Assembly (NCBI RefSeq): GCF_008831285.2
Contig: NC_045138.2
Span: forward strand, 28,954,001-29,018,000
Direction of reading: 5' to 3'
DNA: 64,000 nt
Source of the DNA: Nymphaea colorata
Taxonomy: Eukaryota
A model generated the notes under the pieces. That model was not told the DNA's origin, ran no database searches, and saw nothing but the letters and a program-made list of their open reading frames with translations. The translations under genes were made by a program, and so were the position numbers. Within the stretch, counting starts at the first letter, position 1; each line of letters opens with the position of its first letter. Shown piece after piece: positions 13,532 to 28,200 of this stretch.

Positions 13532-15189
13532 TACTGGACGATACAAATTAACTTATATCAGGAAATTTCTGCCTAATAAAATCATTGCTGACATTATCAT
13601 CATTATTTTTTTGAAATATTGGCTCCTACAAAGCTCTATTGATTGTCTATATTGGTTGATATGTGGCCCAAGTCGGCTCAATCCCAGCCGACACCGGAAC
13701 GGCGGCCTGAACCGGCCTTTTGCCGGAGAGGGCCGGGGGGCAGATACGCACCGACAACGCTAGTTAAACCCCTCTTTGTGATCCTCCGGCCACATGCCAA
13801 AACACCATTTTTGTGCTAATTCTTATTTTTCAGCTGATTTTTTTTAATCAGGGCCGTTTATATGAAACAATGGATGGTTGAGAGAAAAATAAAGATAAAA
13901 ATATATGGACTGTTAGTCATTTATAATGAATTGAATGCACGTGATTAGATGGCTAGGTGACTCTGAAAAACTAGAATCACCGTTCAACCCTGTCTAACTC
14001 GTCAGAACCTCGTTTCAAATGTATGTAAATGATGTGAATCTTTTCCCTTTCTTTGCTCAACCAGAGGAATATATGTTTTATTTACCTGTCTTTTTTTTTT
14101 TTTTTTACTGATCATAGATTCACGTAATCCAGTTCAACCTTAGTAAAAGAAAAATCTGGACAGCTTTCCCTAGTATTAAAGTAAATATTCTATCTGGCTC
14201 TAAAAAAAAAAAAAAAAAAAGCATGCTCCAGCGCTGGTACTTGGGATGCACGACAAAAGAAAAACAAGGCGTTTTGTGTTCAGTGCTAAGTAAAGTGGTA
14301 AAAGTGCAAGTAGCCCTCCCCCTCATGTCATGTACACTAATCATCAAACACTAAGCTTTCTGTTTCCTTTATTTTTTTTCATAGCACACTGCTTTTCATA
14401 CAAATGTTGGATCGCCAATGCAGCCTTGACTCTTAATGTGGTCACTATTTTATGAACTCATCTGGATTAATTAACTCACTTGATCTAGAAGGGTCATCGG
14501 GACAGGCACTGGGCTGGGACAGATTAGGCGGATCCAAACTGAATTGTATCGGGTTGCAAGTGGCCTGGATCTGGTTTCAGATTTTGTCAAATTTTAAGGT
14601 GTTGAATTCGATTCTAGACCGACTTCTACGGTCTTGGATTAGATTCGATCTGTTTGCACACCATACTTTTGAGGAGTGTTTCGTAGTCTTAGATTTGAGA
14701 TTCTAATGATGATTTGAGAACTGTGGATTTAAGACCCGAATCTCCTCCTTTGATCTTAAATCCGGTATTTTCTTGATGATGCAAAGAAGTAAATTTACGG
14801 ATTTTAAGTATACGGACTTAAGTTGATGAACCATAGATTTTGCATCCATGGATTTCAAACATGGAGTAATCAAACACAATAAGGAACATTTTCCAGTAAA
14901 TCTGATCGTTTTCAAGAATTTGTTCACATTGGTTTTGAATGAGAACGTTTTACATATTGAGAAAAAACAATGGGACTTGGAGGTCTACGTGATGAGCAAC
15001 AGATCCAGAATCGGAGACCACCAGTTGAGATATCAAATTTGGATCTGGATGTAGAACCAGAAATGCCAGTAAGATTGAATATTCCACTGATCAGTTTTGA
15101 AATTCAAATGAACAACCGAATCTAATTCGGATTCAATTTTATGTGAATATCCGATCAAATGCTGAATTCAAAGTGTGATTGTTTGGATT

Positions 15190-15660
15190 TTTGACCATAT
15201 CGAATCGGATCCGCATGGCATCGCCGCGAATCCGAGTCGACCCGAACGGGGGGCTGCCACGTTCGCCCACCGGCCAAGGCGGAGACCTATAGGGAAGCAC
15301 GAGCGCGGGGCCCACTCTGGTTTCGCTTGGTTCAGAAGCGAGGGCCGGGCAGCCACGTGGGTGGTCCACCGGTGCGGGCCCTACGCGCTGTCCTGGTGGG
15401 ACCCATCCTTCCCACGCGCTCCACAAAGCGGCAGCCTCCCCCCTCTCAGCCCGAGCGGGGCCCACCAAGAAGTGCGTGCGGGCCCCACGTGTGGACCTCG
15501 TAGACTGTGCCCTCGAAAAGAAAGTGAGTGAGAGAGAGAGAGGACCGCCTCTTCCACCGTCGACGCAGCGGCTGCCTCCGAAGCTCCCCTCGGTTCCTCC
15601 GCAAACCACGATACTGCCACTCAAGCTCCCCGTTTCCAGCTCCGCCCACTCCTTGGATCC
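15190..15660. promoter_or_regulatory. CpG-rich island with G-box and TCP-type motifs (putative distal regulatory element)
   Basis: CACGTG at 15354 and 15486, GGGGCCCAC at 15307 and ~15457, GTGGGACCC at ~15397, and a GAGA run at ~15529. CpG is retained in an otherwise AT-rich region. Confidence 0.45.
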
Positions 15661-16960
15661 AAAATCACAAGGTGAATACGAATCCCCTTAATGATTGGAT
15701 CCGGGTCAACCGTTTGGATCGTATCTCACTCTTGACATACCCAGATCCTGCCGTGGATCTGATGCCAAAGAGAAATGTCCGAGATGGACAACTTTAAAGT
15801 TTAAACCCATCTACATCCCTAAATTTCCGCTCTATCGTATTCTGTTTTTGGGCCAAAATCCATATAGAAAAAAGTATCTGGATTTTTGTTGGCTACCCAG
15901 ACGAGCGATTCCGGGTCTGAATCCAAATCCAATATGTGCAGACGTGATAAAGACCACTTAAATTACCTGGATCCGACTAATTGGATATGGGTCTTTTCTG
16001 GTAAATATGTTAGGCATCTTCACATCCGATTTAACACTTCATATCCGTCACGTAGATATCAGCACCGAGGGAGTCCCGGTTTAAGACAAGAGTGCATGAT
16101 TTTTTTATGGGGACGTAAAAGGACGTGTTCTCTTAAACCATTGATTACAACATAGAAAACAAAGAGAATGTCACATTACTTGGTATAAAAAATGCACAAC
16201 ATCTGAAAGATCGAGCCTTGCCCCTCGATAGTGAAACCCAAGATCGCGTGTCCCCGTGATATGGTTTTGCAACAAATTTCTAGAGTCTTTACTCTAAAAA
16301 ACATGCTCATTTTGCAGTTTTTTTCGCTTTGTTTTATGTTTTTTTTTTTCTTTCTTGGCAGTGAAGTTTTGTGGAATTTTCACTAAGTTTTATCACATTG
16401 GTTTCTCAACCAGACTTTGCTTCGTATGTGGAAGGCCCTTTGATTGATCCAAGTTTTTAATTAGGTTCTGTGGGTGGTGAGCAAGAGGTTAATAACTCAT
16501 CCTTCAGACATATCAGGAGTCTTGGAAGAGAAAAAGAAAAGGAAAGGACTAAGAGCTGCTTCATCTCAAGTGAGTTGGATGTGACTTAACTGCAATGAGG
16601 CCACTAGAAAGTAGAATCCAACTCAGATTCACGAATGAGTATTGGTGCAAGCAACATATACATAGTTGTACTTTGAAAGCTAATGTTGGATGTTTCTAGT
16701 TCAAAATTATAACACCACGGATATACTCGATTCCTTTTAGTTTGAAGCTTAAGAACTCGAGCTTGATCAGTGTATACGTTTTTAGTCATGTCTGAAATCT
16801 CAAAGACTTTAGATCAATGAAATTTTTTTCTACATCTCCGGTTCCTGCTCGTCCCTTGTCACAAGTTGCATTTACAGGCAGATAAAAGATGTCAAGATCG
16901 ATAATAAGAAGGGAAAATTTTGGCCTGAGGAGAGCATTAAGCTGGCGTTTGATTAGATCC

Positions 16961-17177
16961 TCGACATAATTTCATAGAGTCATTCGGTTTGAGTGCTACA
17001 TGAAAAACATAAGTCGGATGATGGAATGGGGAGACCTAAGTATCGACATAATTTCATAGAGTCATTCGGTTTGAGTGCTACATGAAGAACATAAGTCGGA
17101 TGATGGAATGGGGAGACCTAAGTATCGACATAATTTCATAGTCTTCATAAGTCAAATGACAGAATGGGGAGACCTAG
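16961..17177. repeat. 82-bp tandem repeat, about 2.6 copies
   Basis: Unit TCGACATAATTTCATAG...GGGGAGACCTAAGTA starts at 16961, 17043 and 17125; the third copy is internally deleted. Confidence 0.9.
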
Positions 17178-19099
17178 GATGCAGAAGATCGTAGCATTGG
17201 TGATTCGGTCTTACATTAATACAAGTTCAAAGGTAGGCACGAATCAAACTTGTGGTTGGGTTCAAACTACACATCAAAGTAGGCATGATACAAGGGATGT
17301 TTGGTAATTGTTATGTGACTATTTCATGAATTTGTTTTAAATATTAAAACGAATTTTTATGACTCTGAGTTTCAATTTATCATGAATCTGCCTCAATTTT
17401 TAAGATACATTCATGAAAAACTCACATACTGTTCCGGTTACCAAGAAGCTCCGAAAGGGACACGACGCTACCGGCCTTTTTTATGTTATTTTTTTCTTCT
17501 CTGCAATATGTGGTGTGAAGCTAAATTGTAGGCAACGTGGGCCCTAAGTAACGGGTCGGGTCAAAAAAGACTTGGTTCTCGGGGCAAGGACCGTTGAGAA
17601 GGCCTATGTCAACTTGGAGCCGTCCCATGTGGCTGAGGGCCGATCCATTTGACTGGGCTTGGTCTTCCATACATAGAGACAGGAGACGCTAGCCAACTCG
17701 GCCCTACCTGGATATCAGATCGACTGACATCTTAGTCCTAAAGTCAGCTCATGAGCTTCAAATTCACGGCTCTGAAGACCAGTCCGGGCTCGAACCTTTA
17801 TGGGCATGTGCATAGTCCCAGTTTCCAACTTGGCCTTGGCCAGAGAGGCCAAACTTAGACTAGGTTTGAAGGATCCGTGAACCACAACCCGACACGATCT
17901 TATTAAAACCAAGATTTATTCAGCTCCATGATTTCCATGCATTCGATCATGAAGAACCTTATCTGTATTTATATTGCCTAAAGATATTATTCAATGGTAG
18001 ATCATTTCATCTGTTTCTCTGACAAGGTCTCTTAGATTAAAAAAAAGAAATTTGCAGTACATTCACCAAACAATTTGGAAAAGTTTTCAAACTTCTCATA
18101 TTTGTTTTGGAGAATCTAGCCGGAAACGAAAAAGACAATATTAGAAGCTTGGCGAAATCAAAATCAGGCATTACAGCTGGGAGTTCATGTACTAAAAGAT
18201 AATAATCAGATTCTTTGCGCTGTCAGTGTCCCCAATACACTCATCTAAGTTCTAATCAATAATGTCTGCCCCCCATTTTGTGACTTTATTTTATATATAC
18301 ATTGAAGATGATGTTAATCAGATATAAAAGTTTAAACATAGCGAAGATGTCACCCAATGATGAACCGAAAGAAAGTAGGATTGGATCTTAGAGAAGGGTG
18401 GAAGCTTCGACTCTTTTGTTCGATTGGCCCTTCCGGCTTACGGGACGGGACAGTAAATATATATAATTCTTAATCATTTATTTTTATGAACATATTTGTA
18501 CAAACATTTCTGGCCGCCGTCAATCGTGCATTTTCAAAGTTTAGCGAGAAGTGTTTGGAACGGTTGATTGGATGTCAACGGAGGATTAGAATTTGGAGGG
18601 ACAGAGCGTCATCATACTTGACATCGGGTTGGGTTCGGTTTCTAACACAACGATTCAAATTCGAACAAAAAGATACAAAATCTATCCAAATTTCTTGGTG
18701 CGGTTGAAATACCGAGTCAGTCAAAATGCGACACCTATCAACATAAAGATTTTTTTATACCAAACCCGTATCTGATTACTATTTGATCTGAGAATTTCCA
18801 CGTTCAAATTCAACCACTACGCAGTATTGAACACCCTGGACCGGACTGTCCCGGGTACGAGCTGATTCGGATGATCCGACCCGAGGAGGTTCGGGACGCG
18901 AGATCCGAGAAGGAATTGACAAGCCTCTGAAGGAGTCCGTGAGGGGGGAAGGGCAGACCCGTGATATTGTCGCAGTAGAAGATCATTTTCCAAAGGGGTG
19001 GGGCTTTTGAGAACATATTTACGAGTATGTCGCGAATAAATAAAACGTGAAAGATGATGTTAGCGGAGGGTCATCTCGCGGTCAACTGATGTTGGTCAT

Positions 19100-19320
19100 C
19101 TCACATGCCATGGTGTAACATGCCATGGATGGCATCATGGTAACATGCCATGGATGGCATCAGGCATACGCTTCCGCACGCGCCGGTGGCTTGGGGTCCA
19201 AGCGAGCCACGTGGCTTCCACGATGTACGGCACAGTGGGGGCCACATTCCGGTGGGGCCACGAACTTTTTTTTCCTTTCTATTGGTCAACCTGAATGACG
19301 TGGCGAAGGCTTTGAGAGTG
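19100..19320. promoter_or_regulatory. GC-rich motif cluster (G-box/ABRE, TCP-like, duplicated CATGCCATGG unit)
   Basis: GCCACGTGGC (core 19208), TGACGTGGC (19296), two GTGGGG(G)CCAC, and a tandem TAACATGCCATGGATGGCATCA x2. Confidence 0.4.
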
Positions 19321-19660
19321 CAAGGAATGGTGAACGGGTCTGCTGAGATCCGATCACTGACCTGAAATAGGATCCGTTTAGCCATCTCGTGAAAGCTTAG
19401 AAGGATCTTTAACTATAATGCACACGAATTTGATGTGGGGTTCGGGTATGCGAATCTGAATTCGAGCCTGAAATCCAGTGAGGATCCAATACGGTCATGC
19501 GTGTAAATATCGAGTTCGAACCTTGCTCCTCTCATGTCTGAATTTGGTTCAAAATTTCAAGTTTGCACCCCGGAATTCATTGGAGTTCGATTATGATGAG
19601 AAAGGATTCGATTAAATCGGAAACGGTAAAGGTGAATCCAAACATTTTACTTAGATAGAG

Positions 19661-19855
19661 CAGGGGCTGAGGGAGGGGGCCACCTAGGCCCTTGCCCCAC
19701 CTCAGCTAATAGAAAAAAAAATTTACATTAAAAAAAAATTGAAATTTTTTATTTGCATAATCTATTTTTTGGATTCAGGTTTAGTTTGGTCTTACCCAGA
19801 TAAGTTTGTTGGATCGTTTCGCCCACCCCTGAAAAAAATCTTCGCTCCGCCACTG
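19661..19855. mobile_element. Degenerate hAT-type MITE (same family as 1900-2099)
   Basis: Right end AAAAATCTTCGCTCCGCCACTG matches the family TIR. The left end CAGGGGC is degenerate and the TSD is not intact. Confidence 0.6.
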
Positions 19856-20296
19856 ATTAGAAGATTGAATCTTTAGGTGGTAATCAGACAATTAATCTGT
19901 CCCTAATTTTTGGATTTAGGAGTCAAAGCTGGATCTTTATTTGCCACCAAGCATCCAAATTGGTAAATCTAATTTAAAGAAAAACTGAGTTGGAAGCATG
20001 TAATGTTTGTCTTTGAAATGATTAGGTCAGGGTTTGCTTTAAGCATTTTTTTTTTTTGGGAAGAAGAGATCCTTGCAGGTCATGGCGACTGCGTTATGTT
20101 TCTTGATGTCTTTCTTTCAAGTGTTTGGAAGAGCCATAGATCCCAACTTTATCGAACAGAGGTGGGAATACGAATCTTTTGTTGAATTCACGACGCAATG
20201 TTGTGGAAAACAGGCATTCTTGACAATACGATGCTTTGGTGTTTGTTTTAAATATCGTGCACGCTATCGTGGAAGTTGACTGGAAAGAAAAGCTTA

Positions 20297-20606
20297 AGGG
20301 GCGTTTGGAACTTTGGATGACACCATATCTAACTCATTTTGTGAAAATTTGGTTTCATAAAGGCCAAAGTCTATTAATAAATTTTGAATACATGGTTTAT
20401 TTGTGACACATTCAAAAGCTAGCCTTTGAAAATAACCTGGCAAAGGTCAGGCTTTCACACTCTATTATAAAACCTGGATTTGTCAAAACTGGGTTTTCCT
20501 CAAACCTGGTTTTGATGGCAGCCAAACACTGCAAAAAACATGGTTCTTGACATAAAATAAAGTTTTGCCTGCAAAACCTGGATTAAAGTGTCACCCAAAC
20601 GCCCCC
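20297..20606. mobile_element. PIF/Harbinger (Tourist-like) MITE
   Basis: TIR (A/G)GGGGCGTTTGG / CCAAACGCCCCC flanked by TTA on both sides (20294-20296 and 20607-20609). Confidence 0.8.
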
Positions 20607-22218
20607 TTAAGTACTTGCACTCACAAAAGAAAATAGTCAAATTGAATTTTATTTAAATATGAAGAAAATACCAATTTTCTAGTGATCCAAGTAAAAAAAA
20701 AAAATTATATAATATCTAAATCATGCTTTCTCATAGCACAATGTTTTCTTATCAAACGCTCTCCTTAGAGTGTCAACTATAGCAGTTTGCGTGTTCAATG
20801 GCCCCAAAAGATAATTAAAGGCACATAAGCCTCGAAATAAAAGTGTAAGTCTTGGTCATCATAGAGATACTTACGATTCAATTCTCAGGATTATCTTTTC
20901 TTGTAAAAACCATGCCATAGGTGCACAACATAGCTTGAGGTCAATCCTAAGAGCATATAAGTCCGAGTTTCTTTTCAAAACAATTCAAGAAAATAAAACA
21001 AAGCTAACATCATTCGGTTCTATCCAGGAGCTAGGTATGGAAATGGAAGACTCGGGTCGGAATCCACACGCTTACCACCACTTTGAGATTAAGGTCCTAT
21101 CTCATCTTTTCAGTTATATTCTCGACATCCATAAAGCAATACTACACCTGATAAGTTCATGGCAACCTCAAATTTACCGTCGTCATCACCGCCAATGGAT
21201 AGAACAGGCATTAAATGGAACGTATCAAACACAAAGTTGCATTGGTTAGTTTGCCATAAGATTTGAAGCTTTAACAGGGGATCTGAGATATGTGGTTGTC
21301 AGATCCACAAGAATGCTAGAATTCATGAATTTCATATGATAAAAAAACCTGAGAGTGAGACCCAGATCCACAAGAATGCTCGAAGCCTATGAATTCCGTA
21401 TCCAAAAAAAGTGGGGTCAGGCCTCACTATCGGATCTCAGATCGGCATTGGGGTTTGGTGGGACCTCTTCCCCATGATGACAGAGACCTCTGGCCAAGGG
21501 ATTTGATCGGTGAAACCCTCAGCTAGTGTGTTCTTTTGTGATACTCTTTTGTGATACCCAGGCCTCTGTTCACTTCACAACCACACTCAAACATGATAAC
21601 AACCACTCTAAAATTCGAACACAAGTTCCTATAAGAGGTAGACTACCTAATGCACTACAACAACCAACCCTCAGCCGGTGAAACATGAGAAAGAGAGAGA
21701 GAGATCCTGACCAAGGTTTAAAGAGAGGGAGAGAAAAAAAATCCAGGCTCAGTCCAGAACGCCACCAAACAGGTCTTAGGGAAGGCCCTCGGATCTGAGA
21801 TCTGAAATCCCCTTGGATCTAGATCGATGGATTTCAACTGCAACCGAGATATCACATCTTCACACCACACCTGGAGGAAGAGACCAATAAGAAGCAAGCT
21901 GTCCTCCCAGCTTCTGGATTAGAATAAAATTTCAGAAGTGGGACCTGAAAATAATAGGCGAAACTCCATTGTTTGGGATGTCAGAAAGAATTAACTTCAT
22001 AAGCAACAAGGATTTAAGAGTTTCCAATGCTTCTCTGCCTTGAGCACAGGAGGATGAACAAAGGCATTAAACAAATCACAGTTACGAGCAGATAGTGCTG
22101 AAATTCCCTTTTCCTTCTACATCTCATTATACAACCACCACAACAAAAGACAAAAATGATTGAACAGAAATTCGAAGAGAGAGTGAGGGAGAATGGATTG
22201 GACAGCCTGCTTAAACAG

Positions 22219-25200
22219 CTATTTGCTGGATGCATATTCAACAAGACGGCGATCAAGATCAAAATGTTTGCATAACTGCCGCTGCATCATCGTAACAGCA
22301 AGAGAACATATCATGAGCTACACACATTTTTTGTTAGAAAAAAAAGTGAACGTAAAAAGTCACCAATATATTTTTGCATTAAGCAACAGAGCTGAGGAAA
22401 CAACATTTATTTCTGCAACTTGCATGGGTTGGTCCAAGCTTTGGAAAACTGGTTATACAACTGAAGCAAATTATTGACGCCAAGGAGGATCTAGGATCAG
22501 CTCAGTTGAATGAAAGAAGGACCAGTAACTACTGGATGACAAGGTTTTCGGTTTTATAACAAAAAGAAGCAATGAAGGGCCTACCAGCATTTGATTTTAT
22601 GCACAAAGACACGCTATGAAAAAGAAAGGTAAAAAGGACAATTGAGAAGAACCAATTAAAGACGTATAAAAATATTAAACGGCACCTTAATTTATTATAA
22701 TGCTATTGCAGCATTAAAATGACATCTTCACATATACAAACCTTAGTAATTACTGGTGAGAAGAACCTATACTCATTCTCCAGATCTGGGAAGCGAGCAA
22801 TTTCAACTGCATTATCAAATAATATGTATGTAGGAAGCTGGCCAGTGCCCACTGCAGGAATAGGAGATTTTGCCAGACAATTAGTTGGGCAGGTATAATC
22901 CAGAATATCACATCATGCAAGATCTTACCTCCCAAAGGGATTGAAAATATATCTGCAGCAGTTGGGAACAGCCCCAGGTCTACCACCCCAAAAGAAAGAC
23001 TTTGATTTGAATATCTAGGAAAATAGATAAAGAGTTAAAAAACCATGCAATTTGAGGCTTCCCCAAGATCATATTTGAAAAACCAAAAGCTACACAAGAG
23101 GTGGGCTCACATGGTTGACAGATCGGCAAAGGACTGACTCGCATGTCTGCATCTTGATGACCAAGGACAAGAAAATGTCACCTGCAAACCATTGACACAT
23201 TTATAGTTCATAATTACATGCAGAAGCAATATTTTTGCAGAAAGGCACAATTTATTACATTTAAACGGTAAGAATCACTAGCGTGCAAAAATAACAGCAT
23301 TTTATGTAATTCTGGCACCTACTAGAAAAAACAACAAAAGCAGAGCTGGCTACGAACAAAAATGAATATCAGGAAGGATCACAAGAACTTTTCATGTCAA
23401 AGATAACTCCTGAACAAGAATACACCATTTGTAATCATGTTTTCAGGTTCAATCTACACCCAGTAGTAATTTCCCGGTATATGGGAAGTTGAGATTCATC
23501 TACATTCAACTGGATATGCTTCAACAAGTCTCTCCTTCCTGTATGCGAAATGGACAAATTTACATTTTCTTTAGTAAAACCCTAAAATTTGGACAAGGTT
23601 GGATTTGGTCAAATTTGGTTGGGAGCAAATAATGGTGAAACAAAGATCAGGTGCATGGAGTGGACCAGACCCGCCACAGTCAAAGCCTTGTCCAAGCCCC
23701 CACCATGAGTCTGTACCTGTGTTCTGGAATGTCACTATGGGCTGTCACTCAAATATTCGCGTCCATATTACATAGCTGAATACCCAACAATTAGGTAATG
23801 ACAACGTCGAACTAATGATGATGCCTGATACTAGCAAAGTTACTAGTGATCTAACAGTGTGAATATTGATCTAAAAGTATGACTAGCTGTTGTCAGAAAC
23901 TCTAAACAGTGTAACAGAACTGCATAAAACTCGGTTATGATACTCAGTCCCTGTATTATGTGCCCCAGATTATGGTTTGAAAGCCCTGACAGTTTTACTA
24001 TGCCAGTGTTGATTTTTCAAAGTCTTCACTGGAGAGCAGCCATTCACCTACTTCATTTATTTACTAATTAACCCTGATTTTATTTAATCAACCAGTTAAC
24101 ATGATGAGACCTTGACTCACAAATCTGTTGGGTTCAAATATAAATGTAACATTGTGAAGGCAGTCATTGTTTACTTCATTGCGGCAAATAGAAAAGTTCA
24201 TTTTCACTAATATCAATATGAGATCTGGTATTTCCACATTCACAGGATGTGGTAGGTACTTTTCATTTTCCCTGTTTTTCAGTTCTATGCTCTGACCAAA
24301 TTCAGATAGTTCCATTTTTCAGCATCAGCTCTTACAACCGACTTCAGTTATTCTTCTCTCTCTCTCTCTCTCCCCCTCCCTCCCTCCCTCCCTCCCTGCA
24401 ATCTCCCTCTCGGTCTCTCTGTCTCCCTCTCTCTTGCAGTTTCTGTGTTCCTCTGCTTCTCTCACATGACTCTATTATGCATTATTGGTTTATATGATTT
24501 TAAGTTACAAAATTCACGAAATGTGTTGGTCATTTTTTTATATATATCTACCCCGTAACACCCAAGTTTTTTAAAAATACTCCATGCCAGCACCCATGTG
24601 ACACAGGTAGTAAGAGGTTGAATTGCTCAGGCCAAGAATGTCATCCATATACTATTGTTCAAACTAATCAATTTAACTTTGAAGAATTGGCGATTCAAAC
24701 AAGCACCTTATTAAATGCCAACCCATTTGACGTATATCAGCACTTTATGGTCTGACAACAATGAAATTGTCAAAAAATGTGTTTTTCACTGTGTACAACA
24801 TGGTACTAAAAGCATCAGCAAAAAGATACAAACTAATGTAGGCTGAATAGAAAAGGCAGGATACAAACCAGCCAGAACCTTGAGGTGTTGGCTTCAGCTA
24901 GGACTGATTCCAACTGCAATGGAGTCAAATGATGTGAATGACCTATACAAGAGCGAAAAGAATAAGGGAACTCAAAATTATACCAGGGAAACAAGCATTC
25001 CTTATGAGTAAACTGTCCTCCATACATATAAGGAATCATTACGATCAGTTTTCCTACTTTTTACTCAAACACTAGACTCAAAATTTATTGTTTTGAAGGA
25101 TTCTTACTTATTCATTGATAAAATTACGTACTGATGTTCAAAAATCAAATGCAAATGATTCTCCTGCACACAGAGAGTATATTTGCCCTTGTGTGATAAT

Positions 25201-28200
25201 AATGACCATTAGAAACAATGGCTGAACTGCCATGAAAAGAATAGAGAAGACTAAAGTAGAAACAAGTAAGGTACTCCTGAAATTGGTTGATGTAAAATAT
25301 AATTTGGAAACTGAAACAAATAGTTAGTGTTCATGTATACCTACTGACCTCTAGAAGTCCCCAGCCAAACTGACTGTTTCATAATGTCAAGCCTTTTCAT
25401 TTTACCATACATGGTGGCAAAGTGGTTTCCTAGACCAAAGTGGTTTGCCTATAGCCGACATAAATAATCACTTCTAGTCATAAAATTTGCATTACATTCA
25501 TTTCTGCAATCCCGCAAAGAATATGTGCTCATTGCTCAATATTCTAGCCAGTATTGCATCATTTGATACAGATTTAGCTTACTTGTAGGTATAGTTTAGC
25601 TTGTTCTGCAACTTGTATATCCCATTGATCGAAACTTATTATACAGTAAGCACTTAAAAAATAGCCTTGGCATGAAATATTTTTGCAGTATTTGTTTCCA
25701 GAACCACATTTCACAGCCAGCATCTTTGCAAACTAAATGGATTTCACCATCTCCAATGCAACAGTAATGTTTTTCACGATTCTTGAGCCTGATGCAGCAC
25801 TAATGTTCTTTCCCAAATTCTGCCTTTTATTGACCTTAACAAGGAGTTATGTTATAGAGTACCAAATGTCTCAACATATTTTTTCACTTTTTGGAGACAC
25901 TCTATGCTTAAACTCTTTAAGTTAACTTCAAATAGTCTAACACATAGAACATGTACATTTTTTTATTTAAATCTAGATCGTGATCTGTTATCTGATAGGG
26001 CCAAAGTTGCAGGTTAATCTACCATGTCAAGCAGATGCTTCACTTAGCATGTGCATCCAGCATTGGCATGATAAAAGCCACATATACTTGGCAAGTTGAT
26101 GCCTTTGAGTTTTAAATTTAGTAATTTAGAACTTCTTTCCAAGGTTTGTGTTTGAAATCGTATCCACGTCGTGTCGCTTCAATTACAAACCATATATGTG
26201 CAGATACCGTCATGTCACCATAGTAACTTTTGACAACTAGGCCACCATAGATCATACCACATGCACTTGCATAGCGTCCCATTTTCACATCCATGGCTGT
26301 GAAACAGTTAATCTATGTGGATGGGTTGGTTTAAATATTATGCCCAACTTCCTTGTGCTAAAGAAAATTTCCATATTTTGTGCATGTAATTTTTTTTTTC
26401 TGTATATGTACCTGTAGGGAATGGAGCCATTCATGCTTCTGTCTCTTCCAGTAATTTCTGACACCATTTCAGAAATCTAATCCTACAACCTTTTCAGAAT
26501 AGTCCATTTGTTAGGAATCATCACTTGGATTCTGCTTTTCAACAAAAAGAAGGATGCTCTATGCAGATCTCCATGAAAAGGTTGAGACCTTTGACTTTTA
26601 AGCCTTATAAAAACATTCTCACCCTTAGATGATGTAATTGTCAATTTCTATGAAGTCTGGCACCGCGGCACGTAGAACAAGTGCATCCACAGAATCAAAT
26701 TTCAGAAGAAAAAGGAAGCACACACACACATGCGGATATCTATGTGTCTACATATGCATGAATGTATTTATGTAGGTATGGTATACACTGTCACTGACAT
26801 GCATGCATATGAACCAAATAATACATGAACGAGATAATAGGTTCGAGCAGTATTTTCCTACACAGGCCTTTTCGATAGAAACAGAAACATATGCACTTAA
26901 AACAAATATTATAAGAGATTGGAAGACTTTGCCACACATGGAATGGTCAAATGTCACAATATTTTACTGTTATTTCTCTGAATAAAATGCTAAACCTATA
27001 TTGTTGCAGAAAATTAGCACTATCAGTCATTTATAGCTTGAATCACTGCTGGCAGTCTCAGGCTTTTGCCTTCACATGTCCGGTAGCATCCAGAGGAAAC
27101 AACTAGAGATTATTGGAAGAGCAGTAGCAGCAAAAATCAATTTAGGTTCTTTCATTCAACATGTCCACTAAGCATATCTTGAAGAAAATAAGAACCAAGC
27201 ACAATAAAAGCTAATAACTGAAACACAAACAAGTATCAGGTCAAAAATCTTTTCCAGTACCTGATTCTTGATGATTTGGTTGTTGCGTGAGAATGGTGAT
27301 AACTACAATGGAGGCAAGAAAAACTTTCTCAACTTCAGCCCACACAGAAAAAAAAAAGTAAAGTACAAAAAAAAGTATGATATGCGTCTTATTTGCTGTG
27401 AGACATTCCAAATTATTTCCACAGTAGCTCTCTTTATCCAAAAGTTTACAAGAACTAGATCATCCTCCCTTGCATAACCAACCACATTATAGGAAAAAGT
27501 ATAGCAGTAAAATATATGTTTCTATAAAAGTTGAATATATTATGCTCAAGGGTCTACATGGAGGTCTAATAATGAATCTAGTCACTCAATGGTCAACAGT
27601 ACATCCAACAAGAAAGAATCCCAGGGTCAAACACACACTTTCTTTAGCACAAAACAACAAGACCACAAAAGCAATAAAAGAATTCTAAAATATTATTGAA
27701 CCACATAAAATTAAAAATCTATGGAAAAAGAAAGTGTAGCAAATATATAACTCTATCATCACCACTGAATGCTGCCATTTAGACAGTAAAATACTCAACA
27801 TGGAGCATCAATAATGCAAAAAAGAACCCATAACAACAATCTCTAATGGTGCCAATAATATCTGCAGCAACACCACACCAATATCCTGACATCGTAAACG
27901 AGTTAATCGCTGCATTAGCGCATATATCATTGCAAATATCGTGTCTGACTATAGGAAACAGTCAACAGAAAGGAGAATACCTAAGAATCCTGCCAAATAA
28001 CAGAAGGCCACGTGATAATCCAATAATGAAGCTAGTCCGACAAGAAGAACCTAACAGAACAAAAGCTGCATAAGTATGGCAATCAAAATATTTAGAAAGA
28101 AATCACATACTTAAAAGATGGTACAGGTGCTAAAACAGAAACCAACATCAAGTTACTAAATACCCTCCCAGTTTCCTCTATCAGGAATAACCAGCGACCA

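Noticed and set aside
16961..17177. CRISPR-like appearance of spaced repeats (also 51610-52043 and the TCGAG arrays)
   Set aside because: These are whole-unit tandem repeats without unique spacers, in a eukaryotic context with no cas genes.
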